Origin: Paramoeba atlantica | Lineage: Eukaryota > Protista > Discosea | DNA length: 25,991 nucleotides | Assembly: GCA_977017575.1 (NCBI GenBank) | Contig: CDRNVI010000229.1 | Span: forward strand, 1 to 25,991 | Direction: 5' to 3' | In this document: one piece after another, positions 10,523-23,333 of the stretch | How the letters are laid out: each line of letters starts with the position of its first letter | Numbering within the stretch: position 1 is the stretch's first letter | Position numbers and translations under genes: made by a program | The notes under the pieces: model-generated | What the model was told of the DNA's origin: nothing | The model's database searches: none | What the model saw: the letters and a program-made list of their open reading frames with translations, nothing else

Positions 10523-10901
10523 ATGCCACAATTAGATTTAGGAATTTTATTTTTAGAATTAGTTTTAAATTTTATATTTTTTTGATTAATTTATATTTAT
10601 TATGCAAGATATATATTCCCTTTAATAAAATAAAACTATTAAATTAAGAAAATATAAATTAAAATCTATAATAAAAAGATTATTATTATTAGAATCAAAT
10701 ATTTTATTTATTATAAAATTAAATTTAAGTATTTTATTAAATAATAATTTTTTATTAAATAAATTTGTTGTTTTATTAAAATCTAAAATTAATAATATTA
10801 AAATTATTATTTTTAGTAAATTATATATATTAGGTTTAAATTTCTTAAAAAAAGAATCTTTATTAAATAAAAAAATATTTTATAATAAAAACAATATATA
10901 A
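10523..10901 (+). CDS. atp8: ATP synthase F0 subunit 8 (long protist type); one apparent frameshift near 10628
   Basis: Starts MPQLD, followed by a TM helix and YIFPLI. After removing one A it continues NKTIKLRKYKLK to TAA at 10899-10901. Confidence 0.85.
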
Positions 10902-10904
10902 ATA

Positions 10905-12053
10905 ATGAGATTAGTTAAAAAAGATATTTTTGTAAATGCATTTTATAATGCTTTAGTAGTTTATCCAGCTCCTGCTAATATAACTTATGCTTGAAATTTA
11001 GGAGTTAGTGCTGGTTTGTTTTTAATTATTCAGATTTTAACAGGTGTTATTTTAGCTATGTATTATACACCTAATGCTGATTTAGCTTTTGCTAGTGTTA
11101 GACATATAGTTAATGATGTACATTTTGGTGATATGCTAAGAATGTACCATGCTAGTGGATCATCAGTTTTTTTTTTTGTAATATATTTACATGTATTTAG
11201 AGGTTTATATTATGGTTCATATACTTATCCTAGACAATTTGTATGAGTATCTGGTGTTATAATATTATTAATTATGATTATAACAGCTTTTGTAGGTTAT
11301 GTTTTACCTTGGGGTCAAATGAGTTTTTGAGCAGCAACTGTTATTACTAATTTAGTGTCAGTTATACCTTTTGTAGGTAATGATATATTATTATGATTAT
11401 GAGGTGGATTTTCTGTTGATGAAGCTACATTACATCGTTTTTTTAGTTTACATTATTTATTACCTTTTGTTATAGCAGCTTTAGCTGGAGTTCATATTAT
11501 ATTATTACATGAAGTTGGTTCTAATAATATATTAGGTATTAATCATAAGGTAGATCAAATACCATTTCATCCTTATTTTGTTTTTAAAGATTTATTTAGT
11601 TCATTATTATTATTATTTGGTTTTAATATGTATGCTATAAAACATACTCCAAGTATAATAGACGCAGATAATTATTTAGAAGCAAATCCTTTAGTAACAC
11701 CCGTACATATCGTACCAGAATGATATTTTAAAGCTTTTTATGCAATTTTAAGATCTGTACCAGATAAAGCAGGTGGTTTTATCTTATTAGTTTTATCTAT
11801 TATTGTTTTAATAATATTTCCATTTTATGTGAAAGCACCTATAGTTAGTGGTTATTTTAGACCTATTTATAATTTAGGTTTTTGATTATTTATTATGGAT
11901 TTTATTACATTAACCTGAATAGGAGGTAAACCTATAGAAGAACCTTATTATTTTATAGGTCAAATGGCTACAAGTTTTTATTTTATATATTTTATTATAT
12001 TGTTACCTGTTATTGTTAAATTAGAAAAATCATTATATAAAAATATTACTTAA
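10905..12053 (+). CDS. cob: Apocytochrome b
   Basis: Uninterrupted frame of 382 aa plus stop under code 4; heme-ligand histidines in [24 protein letters not shown] and GVHIILLH; [12 protein letters not shown]; PEWY. Confidence 0.99.
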
Positions 12054-12057
12054 ACAT

Positions 12058-12561
12058 ATGAATAAAATTTTTAATTTTATAATTTTTTATATTTCTATAT
12101 TATTTTTAGTTAATATGTTTTCAAATCATTTATTTTTTTTTAATTCTGTTGGTAATTTATTAATTATAATTATATTATTAATTATATCTTTATTTACTTT
12201 TTATATTTCTTCGTTAAAAAGTAATTTCTTAATTATAAAAAAAAATGAAATATATAAACAATATTATTTAAAATTATTAAAACTATATTATATTTTTTAT
12301 TTATATAAAAATATAATATTTCAAAATATTTTAATATCTACATTTCAAAATTATTATTTTAAATTTATAATTTTATTTTATAATATTAATTTAAATATAT
12401 TATTAAATTCTATATCAAATTTATATAGTTATTTATATAATAATTTTTTAAATACTTTTTATATTAATAATTATTTTATATTTAGTATTAAATTTAAATT
12501 ATTAAATCAAATAAACTATAAAAATTTTATTTTTAAAAAATATTTTACTATAAAAAAATAA
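12058..12561 (+). CDS. Unassigned 167-aa ORF, candidate ATP synthase subunit b (atp4/ymf39)
   Basis: Intact ATG-TAA frame packed between cob and nad3; two N-terminal hydrophobic stretches followed by a basic soluble region; size typical of Atp4. Similarity judged only by architecture. Confidence 0.45.
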   Translation: MNKIFNFIIFYISILFLVNMFSNHLFFFNSVGNLLIIIILLIISLFTFYISSLKSNFLIIKKNEIYKQYYLKLLKLYYIFYLYKNIIFQNILISTFQNYYFKFIILFYNINLNILLNSISNLYSYLYNNFLNTFYINNYFIFSIKFKLLNQINYKNFIFKKYFTIKK

Positions 12562-12564
12562 TAT

Positions 12565-12921
12565 ATGAATTTTGAATATAGTATAATTATTATCTCTATA
12601 TCATTAAGTATGATTATTTCTTTAGTATTATTTTCTATTATTTTACTTCTTATTTATTCAAAATTTGAGATAGAAAAAGTTTCAGCATATGAATGTGGTT
12701 TTCACCCTTTTGAAGATACTAGACATAATTTTAATGTAAGATTTTATTTAGTATCTATTTTATTTTTAATTTTTGATTTAGAAATAATATTTTTATTTCC
12801 ATGATTGACTTTAGTTAATTTTTTAGGAACAAGTGGTTTTTTAGTAGTATTGATTTTTATTACTATATTAACTATAGGTTTCATATATGAATGATTAAAA
12901 GGTGCTTTAACCTGAGAGTAA
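12565..12921 (+). CDS. nad3: NADH dehydrogenase subunit 3
   Basis: [39 protein letters not shown] with TGA=W. Confidence 0.98.
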
Positions 12922-12939
12922 AAAATTATTTTATATATT

Positions 12940-13692
12940 ATGAATAAATTTTTTCAACCATTAGATCAATTTGATATATTTTCTTTATATATAAATTTTT
13001 ATTTTAGTGATTTTTATATAACAAACTTATTTATATATTTATTTATTATTTTTTTTATAATAAATATTATAACAAGTAATGTATTATTATCTAAATTAAA
13101 TTTAGTTTATAAATCGTTATGACAATACATATATGAGAATTTTATATATTTATTTCCGTTAAATGTTTTAGTTACACAAGTAGGTAAAAGAGGTGAACCA
13201 TATTTTGTTTATATAGCTAGCTTATTTTATTTTATATTAATAGCAAATTTTATTGGTTTAGTACCAAGTTCTTTTACTATTACAAGTCATATAATTTTAA
13301 CATTTTTATTAGGATCAATTACTGTTATAGGATTAACTATAATAGGTTTTTTAAAACAAAAATTACATTTTATACAGTTATTTATACCAAAAGGTGTTCC
13401 TAATATTTTATTACCTATGTTAATAGGTATCGAAGTTATTTCTTATATTGCAAGAGGTTTTAGTTTATCTATACGGTTATTTGCAAATTTAATGTCGGGA
13501 CATTCATTAATACATATTTTATTATTTTTTATTGTAAAAATATTAAAATTTAATTATATTATAGGTATTTTAGGAATATTATTAATAACTGTAATTTTTT
13601 TATTAGAGTTTGGTATTTCATTTTTACAAGCTTATGTATTTATTGTTTTAGTTTCTATTTATTTAAAAGATTCTTACGAAGCTGGACATTAA
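12940..13692 (+). CDS. atp6: ATP synthase F0 subunit a
   Basis: QPLDQF start, NFIGLVPSSFTITSH, SLSIRLFANLMSGH (essential Arg), LEFGISFLQAYVF. Confidence 0.97.
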
Positions 13693-13710
13693 AAAACATT
13701 TATTTTAACA

Positions 13711-14031
13711 ATGTTTAATATCTTAATTCCTTTTGAAACATTTATACCTATTTTAAGTTTTAGTTTATTTATTATAGGTATAGCGGGTATTTTTATTACA
13801 CGTAGAAATATAATAATAATAATAATGTCTATAGAGTTAATTTTAGCATCTGTAAATTTATTATTTATTTTTTTATCAATATATTTAGATGATATATATG
13901 GTCAGATATTTGCTTTATATATATTAACTATAGCAGCTTCTGAATCAGCTATTGGTTTAGGATTAATAGTTATTTATTATAGATTAAGAGGTATTATATC
14001 TATAGATTATATTAGTACTATAAAAGGTTAA
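13711..14031 (+). CDS. nad4L: NADH dehydrogenase subunit 4L
   Basis: MSIELIL, GQIFALYILTIAASESAIGLGL, YRLRG. Confidence 0.97.
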   Translation: MFNILIPFETFIPILSFSLFIIGIAGIFITRRNIIIIIMSIELILASVNLLFIFLSIYLDDIYGQIFALYILTIAASESAIGLGLIVIYYRLRGIISIDYISTIKG

Positions 14032-14050
14032 ATTTTTTTATATACTTTTT

Positions 14051-16068
14051 ATGTATTTATTAGTATTATATTTACCATTAATAAGTTTTTTAATTATAAG
14101 TTTTTTTGGGCGTTTATTAGGAAATAAAGGTAGTTTTATAATTGCGAATTTTAATATGTTATTAACAGTGTTGTTATCATATTATATTTTTTATGAAACT
14201 GTATTAAAAGGTTCTGTATGTTTTTTAAAATTATTTTCATGATTTAATATAGGTTTATTTAATGTAACATGAGGATTTATTTTCGATCCTGTAACAGGTG
14301 TTATGTTAATTGTAGTAAATACAATATCTTTATTAGTTCATTTTTATTCAATAGGTTATATGTATAATGATCCTTTTTCTTCTCGATTTGTATCTTATTT
14401 ATCATTATTTACATGATTTATGTTAATGTTAGTTACAGCTGATAATATATTACAATTATTTTTAGGTTGAGAAGGTGTTGGTTTAGTATCTTATTTATTA
14501 ATTAATTTTTGATTTACAATAGCAGATGCAAACAAAGCTGCAATTAAAGCTATTATTATGAATAGAATAGGTGACATTGGAGTTGGTTTAGGTATATGTT
14601 TAATATATTTAGAATATAAAACATTAAATTTTAGTATAATATTCGCAATAAGTGATATGTGTCAATTTGATTATATTTATTTTATAAATAATTATTTTAA
14701 TACAATAACTTTGATAACTATTTTTATATTAATTGGAGCTATGGGAAAATCTGCACAATTAGGTTTACATACTTGATTACCGGATGCTATGGCTGGTCCA
14801 ACACCAGTTTCTGCTCTTATACATGCAGCAACAATGGTTACAGCTGGAGTATTTATTTTAATAAGATTATCACCAATGGTTGAATATTCAGCTATTGGTT
14901 TATGAATTATAACTTTAGTTGGTGTTTTAACTAGTTTTTTTGCAGCAACTATAGGTTTATTTCAAAATGATATAAAAAAGGTTATAGCATATTCAACTTG
15001 TAGTCAATTAGGTTATATGGTGTTTATATGTGGGTTATCAAATTATTCACTAAGTTTATTTCATTTAACTAATCATGCTTTTTTTAAAGCATTATTATTT
15101 TTAAGTGCGGGGGCTATTATACATGCTTTATCTGATGAACAAGATATAAGAAAATATGGAGGGTTAATTAAATTATTACCTTATAGTTATATTATGATGT
15201 TAATAGGTTCTTTAGCATTAATGGGTATACCTTTTTTAACAGGGTTTTATTCTAAAGATGTTATAATTGAAATTACTTATATATCATATATAATAGATAG
15301 TTCTTTTATTTATTGATTAAGTGTTATAGCAGCTTTGTTTACATCATTATATAGTATTAGGTTATTAGTATATGTTTTTATAACATCACCTAATGGTTAT
15401 AGAAAAATGTTTGAATTAATACATGAATCTAATATTTTTATGTCTTTACCTTTATTTATATTAGCTTTAAATAGTAATTTTTTGGTTATATTAATAAAGA
15501 TTTATTTATAGGATTAGGTAATGATACTTGATTAAATTGATTAAATATAATTTCAACTAGAAATATTTTAATTTTAGAATCAGAATTTTTACCTTGATAT
15601 ATAAAAAATATTCCTTTTTTTTTTAGTATGTCTGGTATAATAATTATTTTTTTAATAAATTATTATTATACTTATTTATATAAAGTTTTAAGAAGTAATA
15701 ATTATTTATATTTTAAAAGATATAATAATATTGCAAGTTTTTTTTCTTATAAATGGTATGTGGATACTATTTATAATAAAATAATTTTAGGAGGTTTTAT
15801 TAAATTATCCTATATAGTATTTAAAAATATTGATAGAGGTATTATAGAATTAATAGGGCCTTTAGGTTTAGTTAGATTATGAAATTCTTTAAGTATTAAT
15901 TATAAATATTTTTTCCCAACAGGTTATATTTTTAATTATTTGTTCTTATTTATTATTTCATCTGTTAGTTTAATTATATTCTATATATTACCTATAAATA
16001 ATTTAAATAGTGAATTATTATTTATATTAATTGCTATAATTTTAATAAATAAATATAAAAATAAGTAA
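14051..16068 (+). CDS. nad5: NADH dehydrogenase subunit 5; one apparent frameshift near 15480 (T run)
   Basis: [85 protein letters not shown]. Confidence 0.97.
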
Positions 16069-16085
16069 AATTTTTTTTAAAACAT

Positions 16086-16673
16086 ATGGATCAAAATTTA
16101 TTTTATATATTTTTTTTTATAATAAGTATTGTATCGGCTATTTTAGTAATAATTTCTAAAAATCCTTTACATTCTATTATTTATTTAATATTAGTTTTTT
16201 GTAATATAGTTTTTATATTATTATTGTTGGAGTTGGAATTTATGTCTATGGTGTTTTTAATAGTTTATATAGGTGCAATAGCAGTATTATTTTTATTTAT
16301 TATTTATATGTTAAATATAAAAGTTATAGAATTGAATGAATTAAATATAAAATATTTGATAGGTATTATATTATTAACTTTATTAATAATATTTTTAATT
16401 TATTTATATTATATACCGATTAATGTAATTTTTAATATAGATTCCTCAAACAATAATAATTATATAAATTATTATAATATTTTATATAATATATCAAATT
16501 TAAATTTGATATCTTTAATATTATACGATAAGCATTATATATTATTTATAATACTTAGTCTTATATTATTATTAGCTATGATTGGTGTTATTATATTAAC
16601 ATGTAAAAGAACATATTATCTAAAAGAACAGGTAATTTTTGAACAAAATAAAAGGTTTATAAAGAATCCATAA
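16086..16673 (+). CDS. nad6: NADH dehydrogenase subunit 6
   Basis: [37 protein letters not shown]. Confidence 0.96.
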   Translation: MDQNLFYIFFFIISIVSAILVIISKNPLHSIIYLILVFCNIVFILLLLELEFMSMVFLIVYIGAIAVLFLFIIYMLNIKVIELNELNIKYLIGIILLTLLIIFLIYLYYIPINVIFNIDSSNNNNYINYYNILYNISNLNLISLILYDKHYILFIILSLILLLAMIGVIILTCKRTYYLKEQVIFEQNKRFIKNP

Positions 16674-16674
16674 A

Positions 16675-18705
16675 ATGAATAATTATAAAATAAATAATAT
16701 TGCAGTTAAAGATAATAATATGAAAACTATATTACAATTATGTAATATGATTAATATAGATATACCAAAATTTTGTTATCATGAACAATTATCTATAGCA
16801 GGTAATTGTAGAATGTGTTTAGTTGAAGTAAAAGGAGCTATAAAACCTATAGCTTCTTGTGCATCCCCTTTAAATAATAATATGCATATATTAACTAATA
16901 CTAAATTAGTTAAAAAGGCTAGAGAAGGTGTTTTAGAATTTTTATTATTAAATCATCCATTAGATTGTCCTATTTGTGATCAAGGAGGTGAATGTGATTT
17001 ACAAGATCAATCATTAATTTTTGGTAATGATAGAGGTAGATTTTATGAAAATAAAAGATCTGTTAATGATAAAGATTGTGGACCTTTAATAAAAACTATT
17101 ATGACAAGATGTATTCATTGTACTAGATGTATACGTTTTATAGATGAGTTTATTGGTTATAAATATTTTGGTTTGATAGGTCGAGGACAAAATATAGAAA
17201 TAAGTAATTTTTTATCAAAAAATATTAATTCGGAATTATCTGGTAATTTAATTGATTTATGCCCTGTAGGTGCTTTAACTTCTAAACCTTATTCATTCAT
17301 TTCTAGACCTTGAGAACTTATTTCTTGAAATACTATAGATATTAATGATTTATTACATATAAATATTAGAATAGATATTAGAGATAGTGAAATATTAAGA
17401 GTTTTACCTTTATTTAATGATTATATACATGAGATCTGAATCTCAGATCTAACTCGTTTTTCTTATGATAATCAAAAGAATAATCGAATAATTAATCCTT
17501 TAAAAAAGGAAGGTGCAAATAAATTTATTATATATAGTTGAGAAAAAGTATTAAATTTAATATTAAAAAAATGTTTAAATAGTAATTTACATTTTTTAAT
17601 AGGTGATAATATAGATAGTGAAACTGCTTTAGTAATAAAAAAAGGAAAAAATTATTTTAATAATCATGAATTTACTATTAATTATAAAAAATTAACTAGG
17701 AATTCAAATAATCGTAAAAATTATATTTTAGATTATAATATATATAAAGAATTAAATGAATTTAAAAATATTATATTAATTAATATAAATATTAGATTAG
17801 AATATCCTTTATTAAATATAAAGTTAAAACGATTTAAAGATTTAAAATTATTAAATATTTATAATATAGGGACCTCTTATAATCAAAATTATAAAAATAT
17901 AAATTATTCATCTAATTTATTAGAAGTAAAAAAATTTATAGAGGGAAAATCTTTATTAAATAATATTGTATTAAAAGCATCTAAAAATTTAATTTTATTA
18001 AATGATAATACTTTATTTAATTTTTTAATTACAACATTGAAAAATTTAAATTTAGAATCAAGTATTAATATAGGGTTTTTAAATAATTTAAATATAAATA
18101 TTATAGCTAATGAATTAAATTTATTTAATTCATTAGTAAAATTTAATGATTATAGTTTTAAAAAAATGATTTATAAAGAAAATAATATTTTATATAATTT
18201 AAATAATTATAATTATAATTATTTAAATTATAATTGTGATTATAATATTTTTCAAGGTTGTTATTTACCTATATTAAAAGAAATTAATAATTATGATTTA
18301 TTATTACCATCAATAACTCATTATGAAAAAAAAAGTTTATTTATAAATATATTTGGTTATTGTCAATCGACAAAATTTATTTTATTTCCGCCGAAGAATG
18401 CAAGAAATGATTGAAAAATATTATATATATTATTTAAAACAATTATTAGTGATGAAAAGATTATGAAATTATCTTTTAGTAATATTAGATTATTATTAAG
18501 TTCTTATAATATAAATATAAATACTATATTAAATATATATAATAATAATGAAATATCAAATTATAAAAATATTATGGTTTTGAAAAATAAAAATTTATAT
18601 AAAAATATGACTAATATATATTCTAATAATAAATTTTTACAATCATCAAAAATTTTAAACAGTTGTTTAATTAATTCTAAAAAAATATATAATAATTTTC
18701 ATTAA
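16675..18705 (+). CDS. nad11: NADH dehydrogenase subunit 11 (NuoG / 75-kDa homolog), unsplit, 676 aa
   Basis: FeS motifs CYH...[24 protein letters not shown] and CIHCTRC...CPVGAL. One continuous frame under code 4 through [18 protein letters not shown] and [11 protein letters not shown] to TAA at 18703-18705. Confidence 0.96.
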
Positions 18706-18718
18706 AAGATTTTAAAAT

Positions 18719-19705
18719 ATGAATTTTTTGTTAACTTTAATTATAACAATATTAAAATATTTAATTTTAATAGTACCTGTATTAGTAACTGTAGCTATTT
18801 TTACAGTTTTTGAAAGAAAAGTTATGGGTTATATACAACGAAGACAAGGTCCTATAAAAGTAGGTTTTTTAGGTATTTTGCAACCTTTTGCCGATGGTTT
18901 AAAATTAATGATAAAAGAACCTGTTATACCGGTAAATTCAAATTATTTAATGTATATAGCAGCTCCAATATTAACATTATTATTAAGTTTAATAAATTGA
19001 ATATTAATACCTTTTGATGAAAATGTAGTAATATCTAATATTAATATAGGAGTTTTGTTTATTTTGGGTATTTCTTCTTTAAGTGTATATGGTGTTATTA
19101 TAGCTGGTTGAGCTAGTAATTCAAAATATGCATTTTTAGGTGCTCTTAGATCTGCTGCACAAATGATATCTTATGAAGTATCTATAGGTATAATATTAAT
19201 AACTCTTCTAATAGGTGTAGGTTCTTTAAATTTAAGTAATATAGTATTAGCTCAAGAGGATATTTGATTTATTATACCATTTTTTCCTTTATTTTTATTA
19301 TTTTTTATATCTTCTGTTGCAGAAACTAATAGACACCCTTTTGATTTACCTGAGGCAGAAGCAGAATTAGTTTCTGGTTATAATGTAGAATATTCATCAG
19401 TAGGATTTGCTTTTTTTTTTATCGGTGAATATGCTAATATTATATTAATGAGTGCATTAAATGTAATTTTATTTTTAGGAGGTTGATTACCACCTTTTAA
19501 TTTTAATTTTTTTTTACCGCCTATAGTATGATTTACAATAAAAATTGTTTTAATGATATTTTTATTTATAGTAATAAGAGCCATGTTACCTAGATATAGA
19601 TATGATCAATTAATGATATTAGGTTGAAAAGTATTTTTACCGTTATCATTAGGTTTATTAGTTTTCTATGCAGGTATAATGATTGGTTTTGATTTTTTAC
19701 CTTAA
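18719..19705 (+). CDS. nad1: NADH dehydrogenase subunit 1
   Basis: [72 protein letters not shown]. Confidence 0.98.
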
Positions 19706-19738
19706 TTTTTTAGAATAATAAAATATAAAAAATTTTGA

Positions 19739-21211
19739 ATGTTATTAAAAATTTTACTTTTTTTACCATTATTTTTTGCGTTTATTTTAAGTTTAATACC
19801 TAAGAAAAAAATTATATTATTAAAACAATTATCTTTATTATTTAGTATAATAATTTTTTTTTATTGTATTAAATTATTAGGTAATTTTAATATATATTAT
19901 TCGTATATTCAATTTCAATCAAGTATTAGTTATTATCCTGGTATGGATTTTAGTATAGGTATAGATGGTATTTCTATTTTTTTTATATTATTAATGAGTT
20001 TACTTTTACCTATTTCGTTATTAGTAAATTGAGAAAGTGTGAAATATCGTAATAAAGATTTTACTATTACTTTATTTATATTAGAATTTTTAGTTTTTTG
20101 TATTTTTTGTTGTTTAGATATATTTTTTTTTTATATATTTTTTGAAGGTGTTTTAATACCTATGTTTTTTATTATAGGTATATGAGGTTCAAGACAACGA
20201 AAAATTCATGCTGTTTATCAATTTTTTTTATATACTTTTTTTGGATCAATATTTATGTTAGTATCTTTTTTAATAATTTACTTACATGTAGGTTCTACAA
20301 ATTGAAATATAATTAAATATATTGAATTTTCTGATCAACGACAATTAATATTATGATTAGGTTTTTTTATAGCATTTGCTATAAAAGTACCAATGATACC
20401 TTTTCATATATGATTACCAGAAGCTCATGTCGAAGCACCTACAACAGGTTCTATCTTATTAGCTGGTATTTTATTAAAATTAGGTACTTATGGTTTTTTA
20501 AGATTTTTATTACCTTTATTTCCTTATGGAATGAAATTTTTTTCACCTTTAGTTATAGTTATTTGTATAATTAGTGTTATATACGGTTCGTTAGTAACAA
20601 TTAGACAAATAGATTTGAAAAAAATAATAGCATATTCATCTGTTGTACATATGAATTTTGCAATAATAGGTTTATTTGCTAATAATTTAGAAGGTTTACA
20701 AGGTAGTTTATTCTTAATGATTAGTCATGGTATAATATCAAGTTCTTTATTTTTTTGCATAGGTGTTTTATATGATCGTTATCATAGTCGTATATTATAT
20801 TATTATGGAGGTTTAGTACAAGTTATGCCTATATTTGCTGTAATATTTATGATTTTTTCTTTAAGTAATATGGGCTTCCCTGGAACAAGTGGTTTTATTG
20901 GTGAAATTTTAATATTAATAGGAGTTTTTTTATGAAATATAAAAATTTCATTATTATTATTTACTAGTGTTGTTTTTGCAGCTGTTTATTCAATATGGTT
21001 ATATAATAGATTAATTTTCGGTGAAATAAAAAATTATAATATAATGATTTATAATAATTTTTATTATAAAAAATGATTTATAAAATTTTCAGATATTACT
21101 AAAAGAGAATTCTTTTTAATATTACCATTTATTTTTTTAAATTTTTTATTAGGTTTTTATCCTGATTTAATTTTTAATGTAACTTATCTATCAATTTTAT
21201 CACTTATTTAA
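19739..21211 (+). CDS. nad4: NADH dehydrogenase subunit 4
   Basis: [73 protein letters not shown]. Confidence 0.98.
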
Positions 21212-21222
21212 ATTTAATTATT

Positions 21223-22725
21223 ATGAATTTTACAATTATTTTTAAAAATCAGGAATATCATTCTATATATAATGATATTAAATATTTATTACCAGAAATA
21301 TTTTTAATTTCTGGTGTTTTATTAATTTTAGTATTTATTATTTTTTATTCAAATATTAATGTATATAAATATATAAAATTAGTTTATTGTACTATTAATT
21401 TATTGGTATTTATATTAATATTATTTATATTATTAAATATTAATAATATAGATAATAATTTTATTATTTCATCTTATTTATTATATAGTGACGGTATAAT
21501 TTTTTTTTATAAAAATTTATTGTCAATAATTATGATTATATTATTAGTTACTTCTTATAATTATATGAGATTAAATAAATTATTAATATTTGAATTTTAT
21601 ATATTAATGTTATTATCTTTTATTGGTATGATAACTTTATTATTATCATATGATTTTATTACAGCATATCTTTCTATCGAATTACAAAGTTTATGTTTTT
21701 ATATTTTAGCGGCAATAAATAGAAATAAGAATAGTTCTATAGAAGCTGGTTTAAAATATTTTATATTAGGATCATTTTCATCAAGTTTATTAATAGTAGG
21801 TATAGCAATTATATATGGTGTAACTGGATTTACTAATTTTTATGATTTATCAAAATTATTTGAATTAGGTTTATATAATATAAATTGGGATTCTTATATA
21901 TTTATAGGTTTATTATTTATTAATATAGGATTATTTTTCAAATTAGCTATACCTCCGTTTCATATATGATTACCAGATATTTATGAAGGTTCTTTGAAAA
22001 TAGTATTAGCTATTTTTGCATTATTGCCTAAATTGGCTATATTAATATTTTTTTGAAAAATATATTCTATAATTTTAATAAAAGATTTAATCGACTGACA
22101 AATATTTTTTTTAATATTTATACTATTATCTTGATTTATAGGTATATTAGGGGCTTTACAATCTAAAAAATTTTCAAGATTAATAGCTTACAGTTCTATT
22201 AATCATATGGGTTTTATATTATTAATTTTAATATTAAATGATGTATTGACTTTAACTTTATATATAATAATTTATATTTTAGCTTTAATAAATATTTTAA
22301 TAATATGATTAAATATATTTAAATTTAATAATTATAAAGGGATTAATACTATATATCAATTTTTATATATTATAAAATCTAATAATTTATTATTTATAAT
22401 TTTATTAATAGCTATATTTTCATTAGCAGGAATACCACCATTAGCTGGATTTTTCAGTAAATTTTTTATTTTCATTAGTGCATTAAAACAAAATTATTAT
22501 TTATTAGTAGTAATTGGACTTTTATTTAGTGTAGTTAGTTGTTTTTATTATTTAAGGTTAATAAAAATTATTATGTTTAATAATAGTTTTTATTGATTTT
22601 TTTTAACTCCTTTAAAAAGAAGTTATGCTTACATAATTGTTATATTATTTGTAGTAAATTCGATTTTTATATTATTATTGCCTTTTTTATTAGAATATTT
22701 AAATTATATAATATAATAATAATAA
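21223..22725 (+). CDS. nad2: NADH dehydrogenase subunit 2
   Basis: ELQSLCFY, EAGLKYFILG, FKLAIPPFHIWLPDIYEG, RLIAYSSINHMG, SLAGIPPLAGFFSK, FYYLRLIK; TAA at 22723-22725. Confidence 0.97.
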
Positions 22726-22728
22726 TTT

Positions 22729-23333
22729 ATGAAGTATTTATATTTAAATCAGTTAATTTCAAGTAATTATAATATATCTTTACATAAAAAAAATAAATGA
22801 GGTAGACAACAAATTAATAATATAATTGGTTGATGTAAATTACATAATTATGTAATTATAGATATTGTTTCTATATTTTTTAATATAAAAAATATAATTA
22901 ATATAATTAATTATATTTCAACTAAATTAGGTATATCTTTATTATGTTTATTATCAGATAGTAATATAATTAATACTTCATTAAAAAGAGTAAAATAAAA
23001 AATTTTTATATGGTATATTTAGATAAAATTTATGGTTTTATATCTAATTTTTATATGTTTATTAAAAAAGGTCGAAAACATTATAAAAATATAGTTAATT
23101 ATAGATCAAAAAGGTTACCTGATATAGTATTTATGTCAAAAGATAGTTGAAAAGATTATAATAATTTTTTTAAAATATTTTTAGAATATAAAATATTATC
23201 TATAAAAAACACATCATTTTTAGAAAAGGATATTCATATTTGTTATAATATTATGGTTAATAATTCTTTAATTATATATAATTTATGAAAATATATATAT
23301 AAGCAAAATAGAATTTTATTTAAAAAATGTTAA
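22729..23333 (+). CDS. rps2: Ribosomal protein S2 (divergent); one apparent frameshift near 22992
   Basis: SLH....W, VIID, KIYGFISNF (matching the RW.GG.LTNF position), LPDIVF. The stop overlaps the rps4 start by 7 nt. Confidence 0.65.
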
